Assembly: GCA_964439675.1 (NCBI GenBank)
Contig: CAYTRA010000001.1
Span: forward strand, 1-32,518
Source of the DNA: an uncultured Dehalococcoidaceae bacterium
GTDB lineage: Bacteria; Chloroflexota; Dehalococcoidia; UBA2979
Reading direction: 5' to 3'
DNA: 32,518 nt
The translations under genes and the position numbers were made by a program. Under the pieces are notes generated by a model. That model was not told the origin of the DNA. It saw only the letters and a program-made list of their open reading frames with translations, and ran no database searches. Each line of letters starts with the position of its first letter. Position 1 is the first letter of the stretch. Below are positions 21,962 to 30,154 of the stretch, in pieces.

Positions 21962-22342
21962 CTAGTTCAGAGTGGCCAGGTACGCCGCGATGTCCGCGGC
22001 CTCCTCCTCCGACACACCGAGGATCGGCATGATGGTGCCGGGCTCGATGGAGTCGGGCGCCATGATCCACTGGACCAGGTTCTCGAAGTTGTTGGGCACC
22101 GCGCCGGCGATGTAGTAGCGCGCCCCGAAGTCGTCGAGCGGCGGGCCGACCCGGCCGTTCGCGCCGCTCACGCCGGGGATCGAGTGGCACGAGCCGCAAC
22201 CGTACGCCCGGATCGCCGCCTTACCTCGGTCCGCGTCGGCGGACGGCGGTACGTCCAGGATGCCCTCCGCGTCCGCGGGCGCGCAGGCGACGAACAGCAG
22301 CGCGAGGGCCAGCACCGCGATGCCGGCACGTCGAGGCGTCAT
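21962..22342 (-). CDS. Monohaem class-I cytochrome c, lipoprotein-type signal (126 aa)
   Basis: It has a CGSCH haem-binding motif, a downstream Met (GTIMPIL), and a signal peptide with the lipobox-like LLFVAC. Its ATG overlaps the ctaG stop (ATGA at 22339-22342). Confidence 0.85.
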   Translation of the reverse strand: MTPRRAGIAVLALALLFVACAPADAEGILDVPPSADADRGKAAIRAYGCGSCHSIPGVSGANGRVGPPLDDFGARYYIAGAVPNNFENLVQWIMAPDSIEPGTIMPILGVSEEEAADIAAYLATLN

Positions 22343-23199
22343 GCGTCACCCCCTGACGGTGCACGCTGCTCCGCGACCGGTCCACCGATGAGGCGCAGCC
22401 CGATCACGACCATGGCCCCCACGTAGACCAGCCCGCCCAGCATCAGCATCAGCAGCCCGCCGAGTTGCTGGTCGCTCATTGCGGCCTCACCGGCCGTCTC
22501 CGCGGCCAGGTGGTAGAGCGGCGCAGAGGCGAACGTGAGGAAGGCGCCAAGCGCCAGCCCGGACAGCATGACCGCGAACAGCATCCCGGCGGCCTGGGTC
22601 TGGCGGTGTGGTGCGCCTCGCGCCAGGGTGACGACGCGCTGCCAGAGCAGGAACGCCGCCGCGCCCCTCGTGAGGTGCTCGAGCCCGTGCACCACGCCGT
22701 TGCGCTCGGCGGCGTCGTAGAGCGTCGGGAGGTGCCACGCCCACAGCACCGCGACGTGCAGCGCCACCAGCGCCGGCGCCGAGGCCAGCGGCCGGAGCAC
22801 CCTTCGCGCGGCGCGCCAGCCTCGCACCGCGTGCCCTCGAGGTGTAAGCGCGGCCCAGGCGAACGCGGTGGCTGGCGCTCCCAGCGCCGCGAGGGGCGCC
22901 GCCACGTCCACGACCAGCAGGTGCTGCGCCATGTGCCCGGGGAAGCGTTCCGTCAGCCCGAGGAGCGGCATCGCCAGCAGCGCCAGCCCCAGCACCGCGA
23001 GCCCGCCGATGTAGACGCGTGCCTGCACCCGCGAGATGCCCGCGCCGACGCCCGCTCGCGCCCACAGTCGCCTCACGCCGCGCTGGTAGAGCGCGAACGC
23101 GCCCAGGACAAACCCGGCCCCGGCGAGCACCTCGAAGGTGGCGGCGTTGCTCGCGCCGGTGGCGGCGTGGGCGATGAGGTGTGGCGCGAGCGGCGTCAC
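22339..23199 (-). CDS. ctaG: Cytochrome c oxidase assembly factor CtaG (Bacillus/caa3 type, polytopic membrane protein, about 286 aa)
   Basis: Track ORF 22339-23490, but its first 97 codons are Arg-rich and overlap the upstream gene. The GTG at 23199 gives a GTGA overlap with the upstream stop (GTG 23208 is an alternative). The motif FPGHMAQHLLVVDVAAPLAALGAP and multiple TM helices are typical of Caa3_CtaG. Confidence 0.8.
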   Translation of the reverse strand: MTPLAPHLIAHAATGASNAATFEVLAGAGFVLGAFALYQRGVRRLWARAGVGAGISRVQARVYIGGLAVLGLALLAMPLLGLTERFPGHMAQHLLVVDVAAPLAALGAPATAFAWAALTPRGHAVRGWRAARRVLRPLASAPALVALHVAVLWAWHLPTLYDAAERNGVVHGLEHLTRGAAAFLLWQRVVTLARGAPHRQTQAAGMLFAVMLSGLALGAFLTFASAPLYHLAAETAGEAAMSDQQLGGLLMLMLGGLVYVGAMVVIGLRLIGGPVAEQRAPSGGDA

Positions 23200-23585
23200 G
23201 GCACGCACCCCGTCCCCACTGTCCCCACGATGCCGAGCGCCATCGCCATCAGCGCGAGCCCGCCGAGCACGATGCCCCCGGAGGCCAGGAAGTGGTCCCG
23301 CTCCGGTGCGGGCGCGAAGCCTCGCTCCGGGTCGCGTGGCGGCCGTCGGAGGATGCGGATCGAGAGGATGGTGGACGCGGCCGCGACCAGCATCGTCAGC
23401 GCAGTGAGTCCGAAGATGAACGGCACGACGAACGCGTCCCCGCAGAAGTAGTTGGCCACGGCATACGAGCCGATCAGGTGCACCGTCCACGCGGACGTGC
23501 CGCCGAAGAGGGCGAACCCGAGCAACAGCGGGTGCGACCCGCGCGGCTGAGGAGCGCGCTCGCCTCGTTCAGCGCTCATAGCCAT
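23196..23585 (-). CDS. Small 3-TM membrane protein (about 127-129 aa), possible oxidase accessory or subunit-IV-like protein
   Basis: This is the last part of track ORF 23196-24221. Only the portion downstream of the subunit I/III stop is plausible. Start options are the ATG at 23585 or the ATG at 23579 (ATGA overlap with stop 23576-23578). Three clear hydrophobic helices are present (LLLGFALFGGTSAWTVHLIGSYAV, FVVPFIFGLTALTMLVAAASTILSI, FLASGGIVLGGLALMAMALGIVG). Third-position GC is high. Confidence 0.65.
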   Translation of the reverse strand: MAMSAERGERAPQPRGSHPLLLGFALFGGTSAWTVHLIGSYAVANYFCGDAFVVPFIFGLTALTMLVAAASTILSIRILRRPPRDPERGFAPAPERDHFLASGGIVLGGLALMAMALGIVGTVGTGCVP

Positions 23586-26092
23586 CTCACCCCCACGTAC
23601 AGCACCGCGAAGACGGCCAGCCAGATCAGCGTGAGGAAGTGCCAGAACCACGCGATGTTCGGCATGTCCGAGCGTCGCCGTGGTTCGTGCGAGACGAACC
23701 ACGTCCGCACCAGCACCCAGCCCAGGATCAGTACGCCCACCGCCACGTGCGCCCAGTGCGCGCCGGTGATCGTGAAGAACAGCGAGGCGTACGCGTTGTC
23801 CGTCGGCCCGTATCCGACATCGCGGAACTCCAGGCCCTGCAGCACCAGGAACGCCACGCCGAGGGCCATCGTGACCAGGAGGCCGAGGCGCAGCGCGACC
23901 GGACGCTCGCGGTCGGCCTCGGTCTGGGCGCGCGACCACTGGATGCTCGCGCTGCACGCCACCAGCAGGACGGTGAGCACGGCCGGGAGCAGCAGGTCCG
24001 GCGGCTCGATGCCGCCCTGCGGCCATTCGTCCGAATTGCCGCGCACGAGGAAGTACGAGGACAGTGAGCTCCCGAACAGCACCCCCTCCGTCACCAGGAA
24101 CAGCGACATCCCCCAGCGCCCCAGCGCGTGCGGCCCGGCGAGGATGACGAACGGGAGGTGAGAGCGCTCCCGGATCACCTCGATGCGCTCGGGGGCGTCC
24201 TCGGGCGAACGCCAGAGCCACGCTGCGACGACCAGCCCGACCGCTGCCAGGAACACCGCCCCCACGAAGTAAGCCTCCAGCAGTGTCGCCGTGACGGAGC
24301 CGGTGAGGGCCAGGGCGGCGAGCAGGGGCAGGTAGGTCGGCCCGGGCATCCGCAGGATGGCGTCCGGAGCGCCGTCCAGGATCGACGTGGTCACCACCTC
24401 GCGGCCCTGGTCCAGTGGCTCCTCGATGCGATCGAGGTCGCCGCCGCGTTCAGGGGTGCGGTCTTCCCACATGGGCGAGCGCCCGTGCACGATCGGCAGC
24501 CGCTCGAAGTTGTAGGGCGGCGGTGGGGAGGACGTGGCCCACTCCAGCGAGTCCGCGCGCCACGGATCGTCGCCCGCGGGGACGCCTCGACGTGGCGTGG
24601 TGAGGAGGTCCCACACGAGCACGATGACCCCGAGGGCGAGCACGACGTAGCCGCTGCTGGAGATGAGGTTGTGGATCTCCCAGCCCAGCCCCTCCGCGTA
24701 GGTGTAGACGCGTCGAGGCATGCCGAGCATCCCCACGATGTGCTGCGGGAAGAACGTGATGTTGAACCCGGCGAGGACCAGCCAGAACGAGGTGTGGCCC
24801 AGTACCGGGCTGGGCATGAAGCCCGTGATCTTGGGCCACCAGTGGTACAGCGCACCAAAGATGGGGAAGACCACGCCGCCCACCAACACGTAGTGGAAGT
24901 GCGCCACCACGAAGAAGGAGTCGTGCACCTGCCAGTCGAAGGGGACCATGGCCACCATCACCCCCGTGATCCCGCCGATCACGAAGGTCACGATGAACCC
25001 GAGCGCGTACATCATCGGCACCGTGAAGGAGACGCGTCCCCCGAGGATCGTCGCCAGCCACGCGAAGATCGAGATGCCGCTGGGGATGGCGATGGTGAAG
25101 GACGCCGCCGCGAAGAACGTGATCGGCAGCAGGTCCAGCCCCGTGGAGAACATGTGGTGCACCCACAGCCCGAACGCCAGGATGCCTATCGCGATGCTGG
25201 CCACCGCCACGATGGAGAAGAGGATGATCGGCCGGCGGGCGTGCACCGCGACCACCGTGGAGATGATGCCCAGAGCCGGCAGCAGCAGGATGTAGACCTC
25301 CGGGTGTCCCCAGATCCAGAACAGGTGCTGCCAGAGAAGCGGACTTCCTCCCCCATCCGGGTCGAAGAACTGCGTCCCCACGTGCCGGTCCAGCGCCAGC
25401 AGCGCGGTCGCGAGGGTGAGCGAGGGCAGGGCGATGAGGATCGTGAACGCCATGTCCACGTAGCCCCACAGCAGGAGCGGCATCCGCTGCACACCCATGC
25501 CCGGCGCGCGCATCCGCAGGATGGTGACCACGAAGGTGATCGCGGCGGCCGTGGTGGACGTGCCCAGGAACAGGATCCCCAGCGTCCAGAAGTCCATCCC
25601 CAGGCCCGGCGAGAAGTCCGCGTCCGTGAGGGGCACATACGCGAACCAGCCGCCGTCCGGCACCTCCTCCACCAGGAAGCTCGTGTACATGAAGATTCCG
25701 GAGGCCAGGAACACCCAGTACCCAAAGGCGTTGAGGCGGGGGAACGCCAGGTCGCGGGACCCGATCATCAGCGGGATGACGTACGTCCCGAGCCCAATGA
25801 GCATCGGCGTCGCGAAGTAGAAGATCATCGTGGTGCCGTGCATCGTGAAGATCTGGTTGTAGGTGTCCGGCCCCAGGAACTCGTTGTCCGCCACGGCCAG
25901 TTGAGTGCGCATGAGGCCGGCCTCGATGCCTCCGACCAGGAAGAAGACGAACGCCGTCACGATGTAGCGGAGGCCCACGCGCTTGTGGTCCACCGTGGCG
26001 AGCGTCTGCGCCAGGATGTGTGGGCGCGCCCACACGCCTCGAAGCGTCTCGATCTCCCGCGCGTCGCCGCGGACAGTCTCCGCAGCCGTCAC
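23576..26092 (-). CDS. ctaD: Cytochrome c oxidase subunit I fused to subunit III (838 aa)
   Basis: Haem-copper oxidase signatures are present: TVDHKRVGLRY, WGHPEVYILLLP, HHMFSTG and VVAHFHYVLVGG. The C-terminal part of about 280 aa is subunit-III-like (FFTITGAHWAHVAVGVLILG, NIAWFWHFLTLIWLAVF). The start codon is GTG. Confidence 0.95.
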   Translation of the reverse strand: MTAAETVRGDAREIETLRGVWARPHILAQTLATVDHKRVGLRYIVTAFVFFLVGGIEAGLMRTQLAVADNEFLGPDTYNQIFTMHGTTMIFYFATPMLIGLGTYVIPLMIGSRDLAFPRLNAFGYWVFLASGIFMYTSFLVEEVPDGGWFAYVPLTDADFSPGLGMDFWTLGILFLGTSTTAAAITFVVTILRMRAPGMGVQRMPLLLWGYVDMAFTILIALPSLTLATALLALDRHVGTQFFDPDGGGSPLLWQHLFWIWGHPEVYILLLPALGIISTVVAVHARRPIILFSIVAVASIAIGILAFGLWVHHMFSTGLDLLPITFFAAASFTIAIPSGISIFAWLATILGGRVSFTVPMMYALGFIVTFVIGGITGVMVAMVPFDWQVHDSFFVVAHFHYVLVGGVVFPIFGALYHWWPKITGFMPSPVLGHTSFWLVLAGFNITFFPQHIVGMLGMPRRVYTYAEGLGWEIHNLISSSGYVVLALGVIVLVWDLLTTPRRGVPAGDDPWRADSLEWATSSPPPPYNFERLPIVHGRSPMWEDRTPERGGDLDRIEEPLDQGREVVTTSILDGAPDAILRMPGPTYLPLLAALALTGSVTATLLEAYFVGAVFLAAVGLVVAAWLWRSPEDAPERIEVIRERSHLPFVILAGPHALGRWGMSLFLVTEGVLFGSSLSSYFLVRGNSDEWPQGGIEPPDLLLPAVLTVLLVACSASIQWSRAQTEADRERPVALRLGLLVTMALGVAFLVLQGLEFRDVGYGPTDNAYASLFFTITGAHWAHVAVGVLILGWVLVRTWFVSHEPRRRSDMPNIAWFWHFLTLIWLAVFAVLYVGVRWL

Positions 26093-26123
26093 GCCAGCAC
26101 CGCCGTCCGAGGGGCGCCGGGCA

Positions 26124-27188
26124 TCAGTCGAGCGCCTGCAGGTAGCCGAGGATGGCGTCCAGTTCCTCGGCGCTCAGTTGGGTCGGGGGCATCTGCGTGC
26201 CGGGCTTCACCGCCTGCGGGTCCAGGATCCATCCCGCGAGGTAGCCCCGTGTGTTGGGGATGACCCCGGACGCCAGCGTCTCCCGGCTGGCGATGTGCGT
26301 GAGGTCCGGGCCGACGGTCCCGGAGGCGTTGGTGCCGCGGATGGTGTGGCAGTAGACGCACGCCGAATTGAGGAACGCCTGCTGCCCCGCGAGCAACGCC
26401 TCGTCCTCTGGGCCGACGGGATCGGCCGGCTCCGCCTGTGCCGCGAGCCACTCGTCGAAGTCCTCGCGAGGTTCGGCGTAGACGCGGAAGCGCATGCCGG
26501 CGTGCTGAAGGCCGCAGAACTCGGCGCACTGGCCGCGGAACATGCCGGGCTCGGAGGCCTCCAGGATCACGCTGTTGGTCTGCCCGGGCACCAGGTCGAT
26601 CTTCCCCGCGAGTTCGGGCACCCAGAACGAGTGGATGACGTCCTCTGACTTCAGCAGCACCTCCACCGCCTCCCCAGCGGGGACGTGCAGTTCGTTGGCC
26701 GTGACCACGTCCGCGTCCGGGTAGCGGATCTCCCACCACCACTGGTGGCCGATGACCTCGACGCGCACGTTGTCCTCCGGCGCGGCTTCCGTGACGGCGC
26801 GGCCGGTCCACACGGTGAGGACCATGAGCACCACGCCCACCAGCACCGGGAGGCCGATGCCCCCGCCGAAGACGAGCCAGCGGTCGCGTGTCAGCGTGTC
26901 AACGTACTCCGGCGCGTCCGGCCGCCGAGCGCGCACGAGGGCGACGAACAACACCGCCAGCACCAGCACCATGACGGCCACGGAGGTCCACAGCATCACC
27001 CACCACATCGTGGCGACACGCGCAGCCCTCGGCCCCTGCGGGTCCAGCATCCCCCCGCACCCGCTGGCCACGACCGCCACGAGGGCGACCAGCCCTACGA
27101 GCGCGAGCGACGGTAGCCGGCCCGCGCGACGCACACCTCGTGCGTCCGGCACGCCTCGATGCTCACGCGAGCGTGCGTGGTGCCGCAT
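26124..27188 (-). CDS. ctaC: Cytochrome c oxidase subunit II with a C-terminal cytochrome c domain (caa3-type IIc)
   Basis: The CuA site reads HSFWVPELAGK...CAEFCGLQHAGM. The C-terminal CVYCH haem c motif has a downstream Met (GTQMPP). There is a lipoprotein-like signal, VVASGC. The start is uncertain: ATG 27188 overlaps the upstream gene by 26 nt, and GTG 27134 is an alternative. Confidence 0.92.
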   Translation of the reverse strand: MRHHARSREHRGVPDARGVRRAGRLPSLALVGLVALVAVVASGCGGMLDPQGPRAARVATMWWVMLWTSVAVMVLVLAVLFVALVRARRPDAPEYVDTLTRDRWLVFGGGIGLPVLVGVVLMVLTVWTGRAVTEAAPEDNVRVEVIGHQWWWEIRYPDADVVTANELHVPAGEAVEVLLKSEDVIHSFWVPELAGKIDLVPGQTNSVILEASEPGMFRGQCAEFCGLQHAGMRFRVYAEPREDFDEWLAAQAEPADPVGPEDEALLAGQQAFLNSACVYCHTIRGTNASGTVGPDLTHIASRETLASGVIPNTRGYLAGWILDPQAVKPGTQMPPTQLSAEELDAILGYLQALD

Positions 27189-28902
27189 CGAAGTAGTGCT
27201 CGCGGATGACGTCGCCCTGCATGTAGGCCAGGGCGGCCACGGTGGCCGTGGGGTTGGCGCCGGCGTTCTGTGGGAACAGCGCTGCGCCCGTCACGAAGAC
27301 GTTGGGCGTGTCCCAGACCTGCCCGTACTTGTTGGTCACCGAGTCACCGGGGTCGAACCCCATGATCGCGCCGCCCGTGGGGTGCGTGCTCTGGTAGTCC
27401 GCGATGTTGTAGGGATCGAGTTCCTCGGGCGCCTCGATCACGGCCGGGCCCATGGCCTCCAGGATCTCGCGCGCTCGCGCGGCCATGAAGGCCCACATCT
27501 TGTAGTCGTTGTCGTGCCAGTCGAAGGTGAGCCGGAGCAGCGGCTGACCGTCCGCGCCCTTGTAGATCGGGTCCAGGTCCAGGAACTGGTCCGGATAGGG
27601 GAAGGAGTCGCCCTCGAAGATCAGGTCGGCTGTGGCGTCCCACTGGTCGCGGAGCGCGTCCTTCCACTCCTGTCCCCACTTCTTGCCGGTGCCCTCCACG
27701 GGGAAGCCGGTGACCGTGGTCTCCGGGTTGCGTTCGCCGGAGGTGGACCAGAACTGCCCGCCGCCCACGAAGTCCAGATCGGAGTGGTCCAGCACGGCTC
27801 CGTGGAAGTCGTGCATGGCCATCATGGTGGTGCCATTGCCCATGTAGGTGTTGAAGTGCCGACCGGGGAAGTAGCCCCGCCACGGGCTGACGAAGTGCTG
27901 GTAGGTGTAGTTCTGCCCCACCTTCCCCCGGTCGTTGCCGATGCCCTGGGGGTGCCGCTCGCCCTGGGAGAGCAGCAGCATGCGGACGTTGGTGAGCGTG
28001 AAGCCCGCCAGGATCACCACGTCCGCCGGCTGCTCGTGCTCCTGCCCGTCCTTGTCCACGTACATGACGCCGGTGGCCAGCCCGTCAGCGTTGAGGTTCA
28101 CGCGCGTCACGGTGGCCTGCGTGCGCACGCGGTAGTGCCCCGTGTTCAGCGCGGCCGGAAGGTGCGTGGTCAGCGCACTGGACTTCGCATCCACCTCGCA
28201 GCCAAAGCGGGTACAGAAGCCGCAGTAGAGGCAGCCGCTGCGCACATTGCCGAAGGGGTCCGTGTAGGCCTGCGAGAGGATGCCGGAGGAGAACGGGAAG
28301 GCGTGGTACCCCAGTCCCTCGCACGCCTCCGCGAACATGTCGCCGGGGATGCTGTGCGCCAGCGGAGGGTTGGGGTACGGCCTCGACCGAGGTGGCCCGA
28401 AGGGGTTGGCGTCGCCATCTCCAGACGCGCCGATGTCCCACTCGAAGGCGGTGTAGTACGGCTCCAGTTCGTCGTACGTGACGGGCCAGTCCTGGATCTG
28501 GCTGCCCTCCGGCAGCCGGTCCTCGCCGTAGGCCTCGACGATGTGGGAGCGCACCCGCAGGTCGTTCGGGTAGAAGCGCCAGAGTTGCGCCGTCCAGTGC
28601 ACCCCCGCCCCGCCCAGGCCCTGCCCGGGGTTGAACGTCCCGTACTGCCGCATGGGCAGCGAGGGCGAGTCCGGGTTGGGCCGCCAGGTCCACGTCTCCT
28701 TGCGGAGGTTCACCATCATCGCGTGGCGCTCGTGGAAGCGGAGGGCGTCATGGTTGTGCTGGAAGCCGGGATTCGCCCAGCGGCCCGGCCCCTGTTCCAG
28801 GGAGACGACGTCGATACCGGCCTCGCCCAGCTTCCACCCGAGTATCGAGGCGACCCAGCCGCCGCCCACCGTCACCACGTCGACCTTCTTCTGTCGCGCC
28901 AC
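27163..28902 (-). CDS. GMC-family FAD-dependent oxidoreductase, large (flavoprotein) subunit of a gluconate-2-dehydrogenase-type enzyme (579 aa)
   Basis: This is the C-terminal 579 aa of track ORF 27163-29931. The GTG at 28902 is preceded by GAGGAGG 7 nt upstream. The N-terminal Rossmann motif is KKVDVVTVGGGWVASILG and the C-terminal motif is STHPTGGAIMG...NVFVTGAALFPQNAGANPT, which is typical of the GMC family. Confidence 0.9.
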   Translation of the reverse strand: MARQKKVDVVTVGGGWVASILGWKLGEAGIDVVSLEQGPGRWANPGFQHNHDALRFHERHAMMVNLRKETWTWRPNPDSPSLPMRQYGTFNPGQGLGGAGVHWTAQLWRFYPNDLRVRSHIVEAYGEDRLPEGSQIQDWPVTYDELEPYYTAFEWDIGASGDGDANPFGPPRSRPYPNPPLAHSIPGDMFAEACEGLGYHAFPFSSGILSQAYTDPFGNVRSGCLYCGFCTRFGCEVDAKSSALTTHLPAALNTGHYRVRTQATVTRVNLNADGLATGVMYVDKDGQEHEQPADVVILAGFTLTNVRMLLLSQGERHPQGIGNDRGKVGQNYTYQHFVSPWRGYFPGRHFNTYMGNGTTMMAMHDFHGAVLDHSDLDFVGGGQFWSTSGERNPETTVTGFPVEGTGKKWGQEWKDALRDQWDATADLIFEGDSFPYPDQFLDLDPIYKGADGQPLLRLTFDWHDNDYKMWAFMAARAREILEAMGPAVIEAPEELDPYNIADYQSTHPTGGAIMGFDPGDSVTNKYGQVWDTPNVFVTGAALFPQNAGANPTATVAALAYMQGDVIREHYFDAAPRTLA

Positions 28903-29906
28903 TACCGGTCCTCCTCGCCGCCTCGTCCGTCCGGGCCGTGGCGGTGCTCGCCGTGGCCGCCCTCCCGGACGCGCTGGTTCTGAGGGTCGTCGTCGCTCAC
29001 GGGGAGGATGACGCCCTCGTTCGGCGCGGTCCCCGCGTTGAAGGCGTGCAGCATCGCCATGCTCTGCGGCGGTCGAGGCTCGGCCTCCGTCCGCATGTCC
29101 GTGGGCGTGTAGGCGCGTTGCGCGCCGGGGTAGCCGATCAGCCGCCAGCCCACCATGTCCCGGTTCCCCCCGTACGAGGGGTCCGCGAACATCCCGTGCG
29201 CCGTGTCGCGCCGGAGCGTCTCGAAGAACAACTCCGCGCTCGGTTCGTCGAACGTGGGCGCCTCGTCGTCCGCCAGCGCGGTCACGATCTCGTCCTGCTG
29301 GTCCTCGTCCAGGTCGACGAACCGCGCGCCGAGGCGTTCCTGGCTCAGGGCGTCCAGCGACTCGAGGCCGCGTCGATAGATCTCGCGCGGGGTGAGTTGG
29401 GACTGGAACCCATACCGGTCGATCTCGTCCTCGGAGACATAAATGACGTCCGAGCCTGACTCGCCAGGCGGCGTGTCGCCTGAGTAGGTCTCCGCGAATG
29501 GCGGTTCGATGTATGTCGGCCGCCAGAAGCCCTCGACGGTGGCGAGCATAACGTCCATATACGTGAGGACGCCCGCCTCGCGTGCACCGGGGTCTTCCGG
29601 TGTTCCAGGGATGAGGCGCGCCGTGAACGCCTCGATGGTCGTGGCCTCGTGCTCCGTGAAGAAGCCGAGGCGTTCGCGGTCGATCTCCTCGGGCGGGGGC
29701 GGGACGTTGTCGGCGTATGCGGCCATGTTGCTGGGGATGCGGACCTCGATGTCGGTCTCGTCGTCCACCTCGCACCCGACGAGGTAGCCGCCAACCGCGA
29801 GGAGCGTCAGCACCTGTGCGGAGCCGCGCAGGAACTGCCTTCGTGAGGCTGTCCGTGAGACCACCGGTAGGTCGATGGGGGAGCGGTCGGTTGCGGAACC
29901 GGGCAT
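28902..29906 (-). CDS. Gluconate 2-dehydrogenase subunit 3 family protein (small subunit) with a twin-arginine signal (334 aa)
   Basis: The Tat motif SRRQFLRGSAQVLTLLAVGG is followed by LVGC. Family-like motifs are FFTEHEATTIEAFTARLIPG...PGAREAGVLTYMD and FADPSYGGNRDMVGWRLIGYPG. Its stop shares one nucleotide with the GMC start (TAGTG at 28900-28904). Confidence 0.8.
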   Translation of the reverse strand: MPGSATDRSPIDLPVVSRTASRRQFLRGSAQVLTLLAVGGYLVGCEVDDETDIEVRIPSNMAAYADNVPPPPEEIDRERLGFFTEHEATTIEAFTARLIPGTPEDPGAREAGVLTYMDVMLATVEGFWRPTYIEPPFAETYSGDTPPGESGSDVIYVSEDEIDRYGFQSQLTPREIYRRGLESLDALSQERLGARFVDLDEDQQDEIVTALADDEAPTFDEPSAELFFETLRRDTAHGMFADPSYGGNRDMVGWRLIGYPGAQRAYTPTDMRTEAEPRPPQSMAMLHAFNAGTAPNEGVILPVSDDDPQNQRVREGGHGEHRHGPDGRGGEEDR

Positions 29907-30092
29907 GACTCGACGCTACAGGCGGGTTCAACCACCTTTGACCAACTTTGATCGGCTCCGAAACGCCGTTGCCATGCGCACCCCGGAAACCGCCAGCCCT
30001 GTGTCATCACGACCGAGATGCGGAAACGAGGCGCGGAAGGCACGACAGGACCGGGGGCCGCCTGATCCCCACAGTTGGCCCGAACGATCCTT

Positions 30093-30130
30093 CCGCCTCC
30101 CGTAGTCGCGGTGCTTTCCTCGGGAGGCGG
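30093..30130 (+). promoter_or_regulatory. Perfect 10-bp stem hairpin (ccgcctcccg - 18 nt - cgggaggcgg) in the leader of the 30155 gene
   Basis: Read directly from the sequence. The right arm contains GGGAGG, and a second GGGAGG lies at 30135-30140, 14 nt before the ATG at 30155. Confidence 0.4.
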
Positions 30131-30154
30131 AGACGGGAGGCCTGCGGGCGTTGC

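Noticed and set aside
23200-24221. N-terminal extensions of the ctaG ORF (to 23490) and of the small membrane protein ORF (to 24221).
   Set aside because: Both extensions overlap well-supported genes in other frames and translate to Arg/Pro/Gly-rich sequence without TM helices. The downstream starts give 4-nt coupling overlaps.
24128-26263. Long alternative-frame ORFs within the oxidase genes (for example 24128-26263 on the plus strand at 711 aa, and 24450-26033 on the minus strand at 527 aa).
   Set aside because: These are frames or antisense of the unmistakable subunit I/III gene. Their composition is Arg/Asp/His/Pro-rich and they show no membrane-protein character.
28903-29931. The upstream 343 codons of track ORF 27163-29931 (922 aa).
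   Set aside because: This part is an alternative frame of the small-subunit gene (28902-29906) and is Arg/Pro/Gly-rich. The GMC Rossmann motif begins right after the GTG at 28902, which has a strong SD.
29948-30154. An upstream start (29948) for the orphan gene, giving 620 aa.
   Set aside because: The extra 69 codons (MIGSETPLPCAPRKPPALCHHDRDAETRRGRHDR...) lie in the divergent promoter region, contain the leader hairpin, and have atypical composition. ATG 30155 or GTG 30215 is more plausible. The start remains uncertain.
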